From positions 64,001-128,000 of the forward strand of contig JBHYGA010000004.1 of the NCBI GenBank assembly GCA_051859245.1: 64,000 nt of DNA. Reading direction: 5' to 3'. Origin of the DNA: Gemmatimonadaceae bacterium. GTDB lineage: Bacteria > Gemmatimonadota > Gemmatimonadetes > Gemmatimonadales > Gemmatimonadaceae. Positions within the stretch are counted from its first letter, which is position 1, and each line of letters begins with the position of its first letter. Positions 1 to 8,954 of this stretch are shown here, piece by piece. The notes beneath the pieces are model-generated. The model did no database searches. It was not told the origin of the DNA and saw only the letters and a list, made by a program, of their open reading frames with translations. The translations under genes and the position numbers were made by a program.

Positions 1-74
1 AGCGCGCTCACTGCCCATTCGATTTCGTGATGGCGTGGCGCGACTGGGCGCGCCGTATCTGTGATGCGCCGCGC

Positions 75-512
75 TTACTTCTTGACGGTAATCCGAATTG
101 GCTTGGACACCAGATCGCGACTGATCACCTTGTGCTCGTGATCCGCGAGCACGGCACGCAGTGTGTATGTGCCGGGCGCGAGAGTGAGCGTGGTTTCAAT
201 CTGGCCGGCGCCAAAGTGCCGGTGCAACGAGTCGGCAGGAATCACCGCACCGTCGGCTGGCGCGTCGACGTTGATCAACACGTGGAAGTGTCCGGTACCC
301 TTGAGATTCACGCCGGCCGGTGCCACGCCGTAGTTCTTGAGTCCGAACTCGACCGGGAATGTGGTGCTGACCGTGGCGCCGTCGCGCGGTGTGCGTAGAG
401 AGATCTCAGGCTTGGCCGCTGGTGCGGCGGTCGTGCTGGCGGCCTGTGCGTGCCCAACGGCGCTCGAAGCAGCCAGCAGAAGCAGCGTTGCGAGTGAGAC
501 TCGTGCGATCAT
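75..512 (-). CDS. Secreted DUF4399-domain protein
   Basis: Signal peptide MIARVSLATLLLLAASSAVGHAQA; motifs GTGHFHVLIN, HFGAGQIET and LAPGTYTL typical of DUF4399. Start chosen at ATG 512. Confidence 0.8.
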   Translation of the reverse strand: MIARVSLATLLLLAASSAVGHAQAASTTAAPAAKPEISLRTPRDGATVSTTFPVEFGLKNYGVAPAGVNLKGTGHFHVLINVDAPADGAVIPADSLHRHFGAGQIETTLTLAPGTYTLRAVLADHEHKVISRDLVSKPIRITVKK

Positions 513-550
513 GTGGCGAAATCCTGTAGGAGCGAACTTGAATTGCGGCG

Positions 551-577
551 TACGTCGCACGCTGCGCCCGCGCGACA
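551..577 (-). promoter_or_regulatory. Candidate ECF promoter TGTCG-N18-CGTA (variant of TGTCG-N18-CGCA)
   Basis: Minus strand tgtcg cgcgggcgcagcgtgcga cgta, about 40 nt upstream of ATG 512; same spacing as the sites at 28962, 29631 and 63709. Confidence 0.35.
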
Positions 578-670
578 TACGTGCGATCTATCAATACGGA
601 TACCCCAAAGATAAAACGCCGGACACGATTCCTCGTGCCCGGCGCTCATTTTTCTCACTGGTCGAGCCGC

Positions 671-2242
671 TCAGTTGGGCAGCAGGCGCGTCTTCTCGAG
701 GAATACCTCGCGTCCCTTCCGCTCCAGCAGATACACGACACCGTTCGTTCCAAAGCCCGCGATGCTGCGACCGGCCGGCAACTGCACACGGTGCACCAGC
801 TCGCCCTTGCGGTTCACCACGTCATACGCGAGTCCAGCCGTTTCCGGCGCCGCCATGCCAGCCGGCAACATGCCCGCCGGAATCTGTCCACGCATATTGG
901 CCGGAATCATCGCCGACATCTGCGCGGCCAGCGTTGATGTCGTTGGCAGAATCCAGAGATTGCCATCTTTGTCGGCCAGCGTGCTGCCCGCGCGAATGGG
1001 CGGGAAGTAGTCAGGCAGGTAGCTCGCGTCCACCGGATCAAACGCCGGACGGAAACGACCGGCACCGCCGCTGGCGGCCATCATCTGCTGCGCACGCTCG
1101 GTCGCTTCTTTCGAGGCGGTCTTGAGCGAGTCCACAATCTTGTCCTTTTCTTCATCCGTGATGCGCTTCCAATCGAACGGAAGCGGCGCGGAGCGCTGCA
1201 CCGATCCATCGGGACCGATGTAATCAATGCGATAGTCCAGCACACGCACCACGGCGACCGTGCCGTCGGACAGCAAGGCCCAGTCATCATTCTGCGGCAG
1301 CGGATTCATCTTCACGCTCATCTGCGTGCCGCCATCTTCCGTGGCCTTCATTTCAATCTGCGGATTCGTGACACGCATGAACGCGACCGTGTCGGTCTTG
1401 CGTGTGTCGAAGTTCGCGCGAAGGATCGGTACCGAATCCGGCAGCGTGCGCTGATTGAAGGAACGCGTGCGACGCTCACCGTTCACCGTGATCTGCGCGC
1501 TGTTGTTGCCACCACCCGGGAAACGATCTTCCTGCACGGCCGCGACCTGACGACGAATCGCTTCGGCCGACTGCTGATTGGGATTGGCGGGCGCGGTAGC
1601 GCCGCGGCCACCTTGTCCACCCTGACCGGGCTGCGCGGTTTGTCCACCGCGACCGCCACCCGGGCCACCACCAGGACCGCCGCCTGCCATGCCCATCATG
1701 CCGGGCGTTCCGGCAAAACCACCGCCACCAAATCCGCCGCCGCCACCGCCACCTGTGCGATAGATCAAGCGACCTTCAGAATCAAACGCGTTCGAACCAA
1801 GGTTCGCGCTGGCCAGTTGATTGAGTTCATTCGAACGCGGCGCAGACATCACGCGCACCATCTCGCCGCGCGGATTGAGCACGAGCAGCGAAAGCGTGGC
1901 CGGATCAACAATGAGTGACGAGTCGGCGATGTACGGCAATAGACCGGCGTTGCGCTGACCGTATGGAATCGGCGCTTCGAGGGTGTCGGCAACCACCTTG
2001 GCGATCTTGAGATTCTCGTCGAACAACACGACCTGGCGGCGCATGCCATCGTTCACCAGTAGCGTGCCGTTGCTCAGCGCGCGCAGCATGTTCACGTTGC
2101 CGAGCGACTGTGCGGTCTTCGCCTCGACCGGTCCGAGCTTGCGCACCGGAATCGTGGGCGCCTTCGCCGCGGTTGAATCCTGCGCAGCCAACGGCGCTGC
2201 GAACAGCGCCATCGTCGCAAAGGAAAAAAGTGTCTTACGCAT
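671..2242 (-). CDS. Secreted hypothetical protein, beta-propeller-like with a Gly/Gln-rich insertion
   Basis: Signal peptide MRKTLFSFATMALFAAPLAAQ; C-terminal propeller-type motifs (ADKDGNLWI, YDVVNRKGEL, VQLPAG); long Gly-rich low-complexity insert. Confidence 0.75.
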   Translation of the reverse strand: MRKTLFSFATMALFAAPLAAQDSTAAKAPTIPVRKLGPVEAKTAQSLGNVNMLRALSNGTLLVNDGMRRQVVLFDENLKIAKVVADTLEAPIPYGQRNAGLLPYIADSSLIVDPATLSLLVLNPRGEMVRVMSAPRSNELNQLASANLGSNAFDSEGRLIYRTGGGGGGGFGGGGFAGTPGMMGMAGGGPGGGPGGGRGGQTAQPGQGGQGGRGATAPANPNQQSAEAIRRQVAAVQEDRFPGGGNNSAQITVNGERRTRSFNQRTLPDSVPILRANFDTRKTDTVAFMRVTNPQIEMKATEDGGTQMSVKMNPLPQNDDWALLSDGTVAVVRVLDYRIDYIGPDGSVQRSAPLPFDWKRITDEEKDKIVDSLKTASKEATERAQQMMAASGGAGRFRPAFDPVDASYLPDYFPPIRAGSTLADKDGNLWILPTTSTLAAQMSAMIPANMRGQIPAGMLPAGMAAPETAGLAYDVVNRKGELVHRVQLPAGRSIAGFGTNGVVYLLERKGREVFLEKTRLLPN

Positions 2243-2304
2243 AATGTTGACGGGCTCTGAAGAAGTAAACGACGTCCGATGAGTGAGCGTGTGAGGCGCG
2301 CGCA

Positions 2305-5300
2305 TTAGCGACCACCTCGGCCGCCGCCGCCACCGCCACCAAATCCACCACCGCCACCACCTCCGGCTGTGCCTGACCGAATGGCACGCAGCGAACGCGC
2401 GTCCATGAACGCGGCCAGCTGGGCGGGCAACAGGCGATACTGCTCTTCGGACAACAGTGATTTGATTTCCGGCACAATGCGCAGCAGCATGTCGACTGAC
2501 TGCTCACGACCCTTGCGGTACTTGTTGAACGCAATGTCGTGGTTGAAACGATCCGGCAATTCGGCAAACTCGCGGGCGATCGGCGCCCACACGGAATCGC
2601 TCTTGAGTACGTACCAGCGATTGAGCGTGGCCAAGCTATCGGCCTGCTTGCGCGTGAGCTTGAGCGTGTCGGACTGCTGCAGAATCTGCGCCATCGGGTT
2701 GAGCAGACCCGCGCTCACCGTACCACGCAACTGCTGCGCGCTCGGCTTGTTGCCAGGACGCGTGCGGCCGCGATCAAGCGTCTGCATGAGCGTCTGCCGT
2801 TCGCGCGTTGGGCCAATGTCGAACGTGAGCGACGCGGTGATCGACGTTGGCGAACGCACCGCATTCTGCTGCGGACGCGTGTTGCCAAAACGCTCGTTCA
2901 CTTCGTACGAGTATTCCTTGGTGAGCGGGTTGAAACCACGCACGTAGAGCAACTGGTCGTCGGCGATCGGCGTCTGACCCCAGCCCTTGAGGTTCTCTTC
3001 GCCGTTCACAAGGCGGTCAAGGCCACCGAGCGGGTTCTGCACGTTGAGGCTGAGGTTCGCGCGCTGCGGAAGGCCAACTTTGATGGAATTGAAGCTGATG
3101 AACAGGCTGCCACCGGAGGACCAAGGACGCTTGCAAGAGTTTCGCGCAGCAAGCTTGCCAAGCTGAGAAAGCAGGCACTCGCGCGCCTCACCCGTAGTGC
3201 TGGCGAGCAGCGCTTCCATGCCAGCGGCCAAGGCTGGATCTGCGGCCCGCGCGGGGTCGAAGATAAACGCGCGATCGTTGCTATAGCTGTCACCATTTAC
3301 ATCACCGGCAATACGCGGTGTGTACGGCGTCCCTGAGCGAAAGTTCATGCCATATCGAATCGTCACACGCTCAAAAAACTGACGACTTACGTTGAACTGA
3401 AACGCGTGACGCGAGAAGTTACCGGGGCCCCATTCACGCGACATTGGATCGCCAACGGTGCTTGAAAAACCATAGAACTGTTCGCGCACATCAGCCAGCA
3501 CGTAGTTCGCATTCCAGGAGAGTGCCGAATTGAACGCTACCGGGCTGAGCGAGATTGTGATCTGCTTGCTCTCGCTCGTGAGTCCGGACGTCTGCTGGGT
3601 GACACGACCAAACGCATCAACAACACGGGCTTCACGCCACGCCGTCTGGCCCGTGGTGGGCACAATCACAGACGGTGACACGTACACGGGGCGATTGCCT
3701 TCGCTGGCGAGCAAGAACTGCTGCACGCCCGGAAAGTTCAGGTCGATGCTGCCTGTCTGCGCGAGGTTGCGCGAGTACGTAGCGTCAATCGAGCTGCGGA
3801 AGCGGTTGCCAAGAATGGCACCGGCCCACTGCAGGTTCGTGCGCAATGAACGCTGCGCATTAAAGTTGTTGCCAAACAGCGTGACGTTCGGATTGCTGTT
3901 CGAGAATACTGTGCCGTTGGTTCCGTCGGCACAGGTGTTCGGAATGGTGCCCACGTCTACCTGATAGTCACTCCAGTTCGGCGACGGCGCCGCTTCACCA
4001 AAGCAGGTGAGCTGCTGCAATCCACTGGCCAGGCCCGTATTGTCGATGGCGCCCTGAATGAGCTGCGTATTGGGGGTGTTCTGGAAGATACCAATACCGC
4101 CGCGCACCACGGCACGCGGGGCGCGCACCATGCCCGGAATGAATGCGACCTGCGCATCCGTGCCATACGTCCACGAGAAACCAACACGCGGACTGACATA
4201 GAACCGGTTCGGGACCGCAGCATTGTCGAGGTTAAATGCCGACTGCACGAGCGGGTTCGCGGTCGGCCCCATCAGGAACTTGTTGCCGTCTACGCGTACA
4301 CCGTACTGGATCTGCACATCATTTACCGGACGCCACGCGTCGCCCAGCGACATCGCACCAACCACCTGGCTGCCGTTGCGGCGTCGCGGCGCGAGCTGAC
4401 GCGTGTACGAAGCCGGAATGCCCGCCTCAAGATCGGCCAGCGAGTTGAAGCTGAACGTGCCGAGTTCGTTCGTGGTGAAGTCCTGCCAGTAGCTCTCGTA
4501 GCGCAACTCACTCGTGAGTTTCACGCGATGACGATTGTCATTGCTGAACAATGAAATCGTATTCACGAGGCCAAGATTCGAGTTTCCACTCTGCGTGTTC
4601 GAGTTCGGACTGCCACCGAACGACAGATTGCGCACGCTGCCGGTGCCATTCTCGAGCGTGGAGTTCACGCGCACCGAGGCAGCGGGAAGAAACGCGAATG
4701 GATCCTGTCCGCTGCGGCTGATGCTCGCACCGAACGACGTCTCCGTGAGCGCACCAAACCAGCCGAGCAAACCACTCTGTCGTAGCTGCAGTGAGCCACT
4801 ATACGACAGGCTCTTACCCTGACGCGTAGGTGTGGAAAGCGCCGTACCACCGCCGCCACCAAAGCCACCGCCACCGCCGGCCGGCACCGACCGATTAAAG
4901 TTGCCCGACAACGCCAACGAGTACGTGTTGCCACGCGCCGAGTTGAGCGGTGTGAAGTCAAAGCTCGTGAGCATGCTGCCGCTCGTACGAATCGTCTGCC
5001 CCGGGAATCCCGCGATGTTCGCCGGCAGTCCCTGACCGCCGAGGATATCGAGGAAGCGCGCCACCGAGTCAACCGCAACACCCGCCGTGTTCAAACCAAG
5101 TGAGTTCGTATTCAGCAGCGTCTGCAAATCATTGAGACGGCGATCGAACTGGAAGGACCCGTTGTAGAACAGGCGATCAAACGAAATCGGACCAGACGCC
5201 GAACCACCGAGCGAGATATTCGTGTACTGCTGGCCCGTGGCGGCTGCTGCGCGATCGGTCCACTGCAATGACGGCGCCACCAGATTCGAGCTCAGCGAAC

Positions 5301-6039
5301 GACGCATGAAGTTGGAACCGGCACGCGTACGCAGCGAAATCTGACCACCAGAAAAACCACCGCGCGCGACATCGTACGGCGACGTGGAAAGCGATTGGAA
5401 CACGGCCGCATCACGCGGAATGTTCGTTTCGCCAAAGCCCAGACCATTGAGCTGCGTATTGTTCTGATCTCCGCCCAGGCCAAACACCGAGAACTGGTCA
5501 GCGCCGCCGTCGGCACCCGGAATGAGCTGCACACCCGGAATCGCTGACGCCATGGCTACCAGGTCGCCCATCTGTTCGGCCGAAAGCTGCGCCGCAGTCG
5601 CATCCGCGAGGTCGCGCTCGTTGCCACTCACGTCACCCACGGTATCACCGCGCGTTGCGGCCGCACGTGTGGTCACGGTCAGCGCATCGAGGTTCACGGC
5701 CGCCGGCGCCATGCGCGCGTCGGCAATCAGGATTTCCTGATCGGCGGTGCGCTTGACCTGATAGCGGCGCGGCGTGAGACCGATGGCATTAAAGCTCACC
5801 CAGTAATCGCCCTCACCACCTGGGAACGAGATGGTATAGCGACCATCGCGGCCCGAGGTGACTCGACGGCTGACCTGGCCGGTGAGCGTGGTGGCGGTCA
5901 CCGTCACGTTGGGAATACCTTGGCCATCCGGGCCCGTGATGCGTCCGCGGATGATATCGACGCCCTGAGCGGCTAGCGGTGACGCAAAGCCGAGGACGAG
6001 AAGCAGGGCCCCGAGGGCCAGAGATCGTAGAGTATGCAC
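2305..6039 (-). CDS. TonB-dependent/Oar-like outer-membrane receptor with N-terminal carboxypeptidase-regulatory-like domain and C-terminal helical extension
   Basis: Signal peptide, IRGRITGPDG start of the CarboxypepD_reg-like domain, plug-like N..QLNG and YDVARGGFSGG, SPRVGFSW, GDVNGD..NDRAFIF; 1244 aa. Confidence 0.85.
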   Translation of the reverse strand: MHTLRSLALGALLLVLGFASPLAAQGVDIIRGRITGPDGQGIPNVTVTATTLTGQVSRRVTSGRDGRYTISFPGGEGDYWVSFNAIGLTPRRYQVKRTADQEILIADARMAPAAVNLDALTVTTRAAATRGDTVGDVSGNERDLADATAAQLSAEQMGDLVAMASAIPGVQLIPGADGGADQFSVFGLGGDQNNTQLNGLGFGETNIPRDAAVFQSLSTSPYDVARGGFSGGQISLRTRAGSNFMRRSLSSNLVAPSLQWTDRAAAATGQQYTNISLGGSASGPISFDRLFYNGSFQFDRRLNDLQTLLNTNSLGLNTAGVAVDSVARFLDILGGQGLPANIAGFPGQTIRTSGSMLTSFDFTPLNSARGNTYSLALSGNFNRSVPAGGGGGFGGGGGTALSTPTRQGKSLSYSGSLQLRQSGLLGWFGALTETSFGASISRSGQDPFAFLPAASVRVNSTLENGTGSVRNLSFGGSPNSNTQSGNSNLGLVNTISLFSNDNRHRVKLTSELRYESYWQDFTTNELGTFSFNSLADLEAGIPASYTRQLAPRRRNGSQVVGAMSLGDAWRPVNDVQIQYGVRVDGNKFLMGPTANPLVQSAFNLDNAAVPNRFYVSPRVGFSWTYGTDAQVAFIPGMVRAPRAVVRGGIGIFQNTPNTQLIQGAIDNTGLASGLQQLTCFGEAAPSPNWSDYQVDVGTIPNTCADGTNGTVFSNSNPNVTLFGNNFNAQRSLRTNLQWAGAILGNRFRSSIDATYSRNLAQTGSIDLNFPGVQQFLLASEGNRPVYVSPSVIVPTTGQTAWREARVVDAFGRVTQQTSGLTSESKQITISLSPVAFNSALSWNANYVLADVREQFYGFSSTVGDPMSREWGPGNFSRHAFQFNVSRQFFERVTIRYGMNFRSGTPYTPRIAGDVNGDSYSNDRAFIFDPARAADPALAAGMEALLASTTGEARECLLSQLGKLAARNSCKRPWSSGGSLFISFNSIKVGLPQRANLSLNVQNPLGGLDRLVNGEENLKGWGQTPIADDQLLYVRGFNPLTKEYSYEVNERFGNTRPQQNAVRSPTSITASLTFDIGPTRERQTLMQTLDRGRTRPGNKPSAQQLRGTVSAGLLNPMAQILQQSDTLKLTRKQADSLATLNRWYVLKSDSVWAPIAREFAELPDRFNHDIAFNKYRKGREQSVDMLLRIVPEIKSLLSEEQYRLLPAQLAAFMDARSLRAIRSGTAGGGGGGGFGGGGGGGRGGR

Positions 6040-6203
6040 GGACGATTGGACGAGGACTTCGGCTGAGCGTTAAGGCATCTGGAAAAAGGTTCCGCTCAGC
6101 GCGTACGCAGCAGACGCAGACCACCCGCAAATCGTTGGGAGGCTTGCACTTCGCCGTTTTTCGTCCCCGCTGACATGCCGTTCGTCCCGCGGCATGTCCC
6201 GAC

Positions 6204-6935
6204 TCAGGCTCGGGGCGCTCGAGGCTCCAATTCCGAGCTGACATCCGACCCGGCACGCAGCATCTGCGTTCCCGTCTCACTGAAGCATGGAGCGGGGTGC
6301 GGGCCACGAAGCGAAATCTGAGCTCCCGCCACCTCCAGCCAGTTCCCTTCTGGCAGGCCGATCACACGCGACGTTGGGTTCAGCACCAGAAACTCCGCCA
6401 ATCGCTCTCGACGCGTCTCACCCCGAAAGCCGGGCGGATGCGCGTCGGTGAAGTGCGCGTTGATCTGAAAGTCGACCAACCCGAGCGCCGCGAAACCGTG
6501 TGGTGCGACGATGGGCATGTCGTTCGTGGTACTGATCGTTGGTCCGGCCACCACCGAGCCCGCGCTCCATCCTATATAAGGAACACCGAGCGCGACGCGG
6601 CTGCGGATGACCGCAAGCAGGTCGTGATACTGCAGGCGTTCGAGCAGCCGGAACGTGTTACCGCCTCCGATCACAATGCATTCGGCGCTGTGCACCGCAT
6701 CGCGCGGATCGGACGATTCGTGCACCGACTGCACGGTTACCCCGAGCCGCGCGAAAGCGGTGCGCACAAGCGCCGTGTATGCGTCGGCACTGATGGTGAC
6801 ACCGGCGTAGGGCACGAAGAGCGCGGATTGGGCCGTTCCCAGATGCGCACCGATGGCATCACGCGCGTGCTCCAGAAACCCGCCCTCGGCGTTTCGCGAA
6901 TTCGACAGGAGCAGCAGCTTGCGTAGTTGCGACAT
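6204..6935 (-). CDS. pepE: Dipeptidase E (peptidase S51)
   Basis: LLLLSNS, FVPYAGV, GGGNTF, GWSAG nucleophile motif, QINAHF, GETR.ERL.EF. Confidence 0.95.
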   Translation of the reverse strand: MSQLRKLLLLSNSRNAEGGFLEHARDAIGAHLGTAQSALFVPYAGVTISADAYTALVRTAFARLGVTVQSVHESSDPRDAVHSAECIVIGGGNTFRLLERLQYHDLLAVIRSRVALGVPYIGWSAGSVVAGPTISTTNDMPIVAPHGFAALGLVDFQINAHFTDAHPPGFRGETRRERLAEFLVLNPTSRVIGLPEGNWLEVAGAQISLRGPHPAPCFSETGTQMLRAGSDVSSELEPRAPRA

Positions 6936-6952
6936 CGTGTGGCGTGCCTCAG

Positions 6953-7543
6953 TCAGACGGGCGGAATGTGCGCGCGACTTGGCGCATGCGGCGCTTCATA
7001 CGCTGTGATGCGATCCAGCAAGCGGTTCACGTTGTCGTCGATGATGAGCATGTCGTGATGCGACGAGCGCACAAAACCTTCGGCAAACGCGTGGTCGAGG
7101 AATGCACCGAGCTGGTCGTAGTAGCCGGCCACATTCAGTAGCGCACACGGTTTGGCGTGAACGCCAATCTGCGCCCACGTCCACGCTTCGAACAACTCCT
7201 CCATCGTGCCGATGCCGCCCGGCAACGCAATGAAACCGTCGCTGAGCTCGGCCATGGTCGCCTTGCGCTCATGCATGGTGGCAGTGATGTGCAGCTCCGT
7301 CAGTGACTCGTGCGCCAACTCCCGATCGCGCATGAATGCGGGCAGCACGCCAATCGCGCGGCCGCCAGCGTTCAGCGTGGCATCGGCAACGGCACCCATG
7401 AGGCCCACTCGCGCGCCGCCGTACACGAGCGCAATGTTGCGTTGCGCCAAGGCCTCGCCGAGCGCACGCGCCGTCTCACGGTAAAGTGGGTGGCGACCGT
7501 CACGCGAGCCGCAGTACACGCAGAGCGCCTTCACTTCGTGCAT
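6953..7543 (-). CDS. LOG family protein (TIGR00730, nucleotide phosphoribohydrolase)
   Basis: CVYCGS, LVYGG..GLMG, MHERK and PGGIGTMEE signature. Confidence 0.93.
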   Translation of the reverse strand: MHEVKALCVYCGSRDGRHPLYRETARALGEALAQRNIALVYGGARVGLMGAVADATLNAGGRAIGVLPAFMRDRELAHESLTELHITATMHERKATMAELSDGFIALPGGIGTMEELFEAWTWAQIGVHAKPCALLNVAGYYDQLGAFLDHAFAEGFVRSSHHDMLIIDDNVNRLLDRITAYEAPHAPSRAHIPPV

Positions 7544-7688
7544 ATTATTTCACGGGTGGTGGAGGGTGATTGGGCAACGCGCGAATATCAACCGGAACGC
7601 GATCATGCGACATTGGAAGCTCGCACCTGTACACATATTTCGTGAAGGGCTCAGCGCGGAGCGGCGTCGCGCCTTGTCGCGCCGCGTC

Positions 7689-8924
7689 ATGTCCCGCCGC
7701 GCGAACGCTGCCTTGCTGATTCCGCTGGCCGCGCTCGGCGCTTGCGCCGGCACACCAGACACGCCATCGCGCGCCGTCGAGATCGCACCGATTGGCACGG
7801 TAGACGTGAGCGAGGTGCAGTTCCCCGGTGCCAGCACGCCGAATCTTGTGGTGGCGCCGAACGGTGCCGTGCATCTCACGTTCTCTGAGCGCGTCGACAG
7901 CACGACCAGTGCGCTGCGGTTTGCCACGTGGGAGAATGGTTTCTGGCGCGCACCGCGCGACATTGCACGCGGACTCGATTTTTTTGTGAACTGGGCGGAT
8001 TTTTCCAGCATGGCCGTGCTGGAGAACGGCGATCTTGCCGCGCACTGGCTGGAGCGCGAAGGCAAAGGCACATACGCGTACGGCGTGCGCATTGCCCGCT
8101 CACGCGACGGTGGTGAAACGTGGGAGACAGCGCGCACACCGCACGCGGACGGGCTGCTCGCTGAGCACGGGTTCGTTGCCCTGTGGCCCGTGGGGAATGA
8201 TGCGGTTGGTGCGGTGTGGCTCGATGGCCGCAAAACAGCCATGAAGGACAGCGCGCGCGAAATGACCCTGCGCACCGCAACGATCGGCCGCGAGACGGCA
8301 GCGATTCCCGAAGTGTTGCTCGACGCCCGCGTGTGTGATTGTTGTCAAACGAGCAGTGCGCGGGCGCGAAGCGGTCGTGTGATTGTGTACCGTGATCGCA
8401 CTGAGAATGAAGTGCGTGATATTGCGATTGTGCGTGAGCAGAACGGCGCGTGGAGTGAACCCGCGATTGTGCACAACGACAACTGGGTGTTTGACGCGTG
8501 TCCGGTGAACGGTCCCAGCGTGGCTGCGATTGGCGATACGGTCGTGGTGGCGTGGTTTACCGGGGCGCAGGACACCGCGCGTGTGCGCGTGGCAACGAGC
8601 ATTGACGGTGGGCAGTCGTTTGGCGCGCCGGTGCGCATCGACGATGGTGATCCACTCGGCCGTGTAACGGTACTGCTCGACGACGACGCGTTGCCGATTG
8701 TGCTGTGGATGGAACGAGTCACGGCTGATAGTGCGGCTGTTCGCGTGCGCCGTGTTGGACGGGATGGGTCATTGTCTGCTGCAACGACCGTGTCAGCGGG
8801 CGCCGGCAGCCGACGCAGTGGATTCCCGCGCATGGTACGCTCAGGTGATGCGCTGCTCTTTGCGTGGACGGTGCCGGGGGACAGCGTGCGCGTGCGTGTT
8901 GGTCGGGCGGCACTTCAGCCGTAG
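7689..8924 (+). CDS. BNR/Asp-box repeat (sialidase-like) lipoprotein
   Basis: Lipobox ALGAC; Asp-boxes SRDGGETW and SIDGGQSF; NWADF, CDCCQT and CPVNGP motifs. Confidence 0.8.
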   Translation: MSRRANAALLIPLAALGACAGTPDTPSRAVEIAPIGTVDVSEVQFPGASTPNLVVAPNGAVHLTFSERVDSTTSALRFATWENGFWRAPRDIARGLDFFVNWADFSSMAVLENGDLAAHWLEREGKGTYAYGVRIARSRDGGETWETARTPHADGLLAEHGFVALWPVGNDAVGAVWLDGRKTAMKDSAREMTLRTATIGRETAAIPEVLLDARVCDCCQTSSARARSGRVIVYRDRTENEVRDIAIVREQNGAWSEPAIVHNDNWVFDACPVNGPSVAAIGDTVVVAWFTGAQDTARVRVATSIDGGQSFGAPVRIDDGDPLGRVTVLLDDDALPIVLWMERVTADSAAVRVRRVGRDGSLSAATTVSAGAGSRRSGFPRMVRSGDALLFAWTVPGDSVRVRVGRAALQP

Positions 8925-8954
8925 CAACACGCACGCGGTGATTCTCGCCGCGGT

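Noticed and set aside
1..64. 3' end of a + strand gene entering the window (frame 2, ARSLPIRFRDGVARLGAPYL*)
   Set aside because: Too short to assign a frame or product with confidence.
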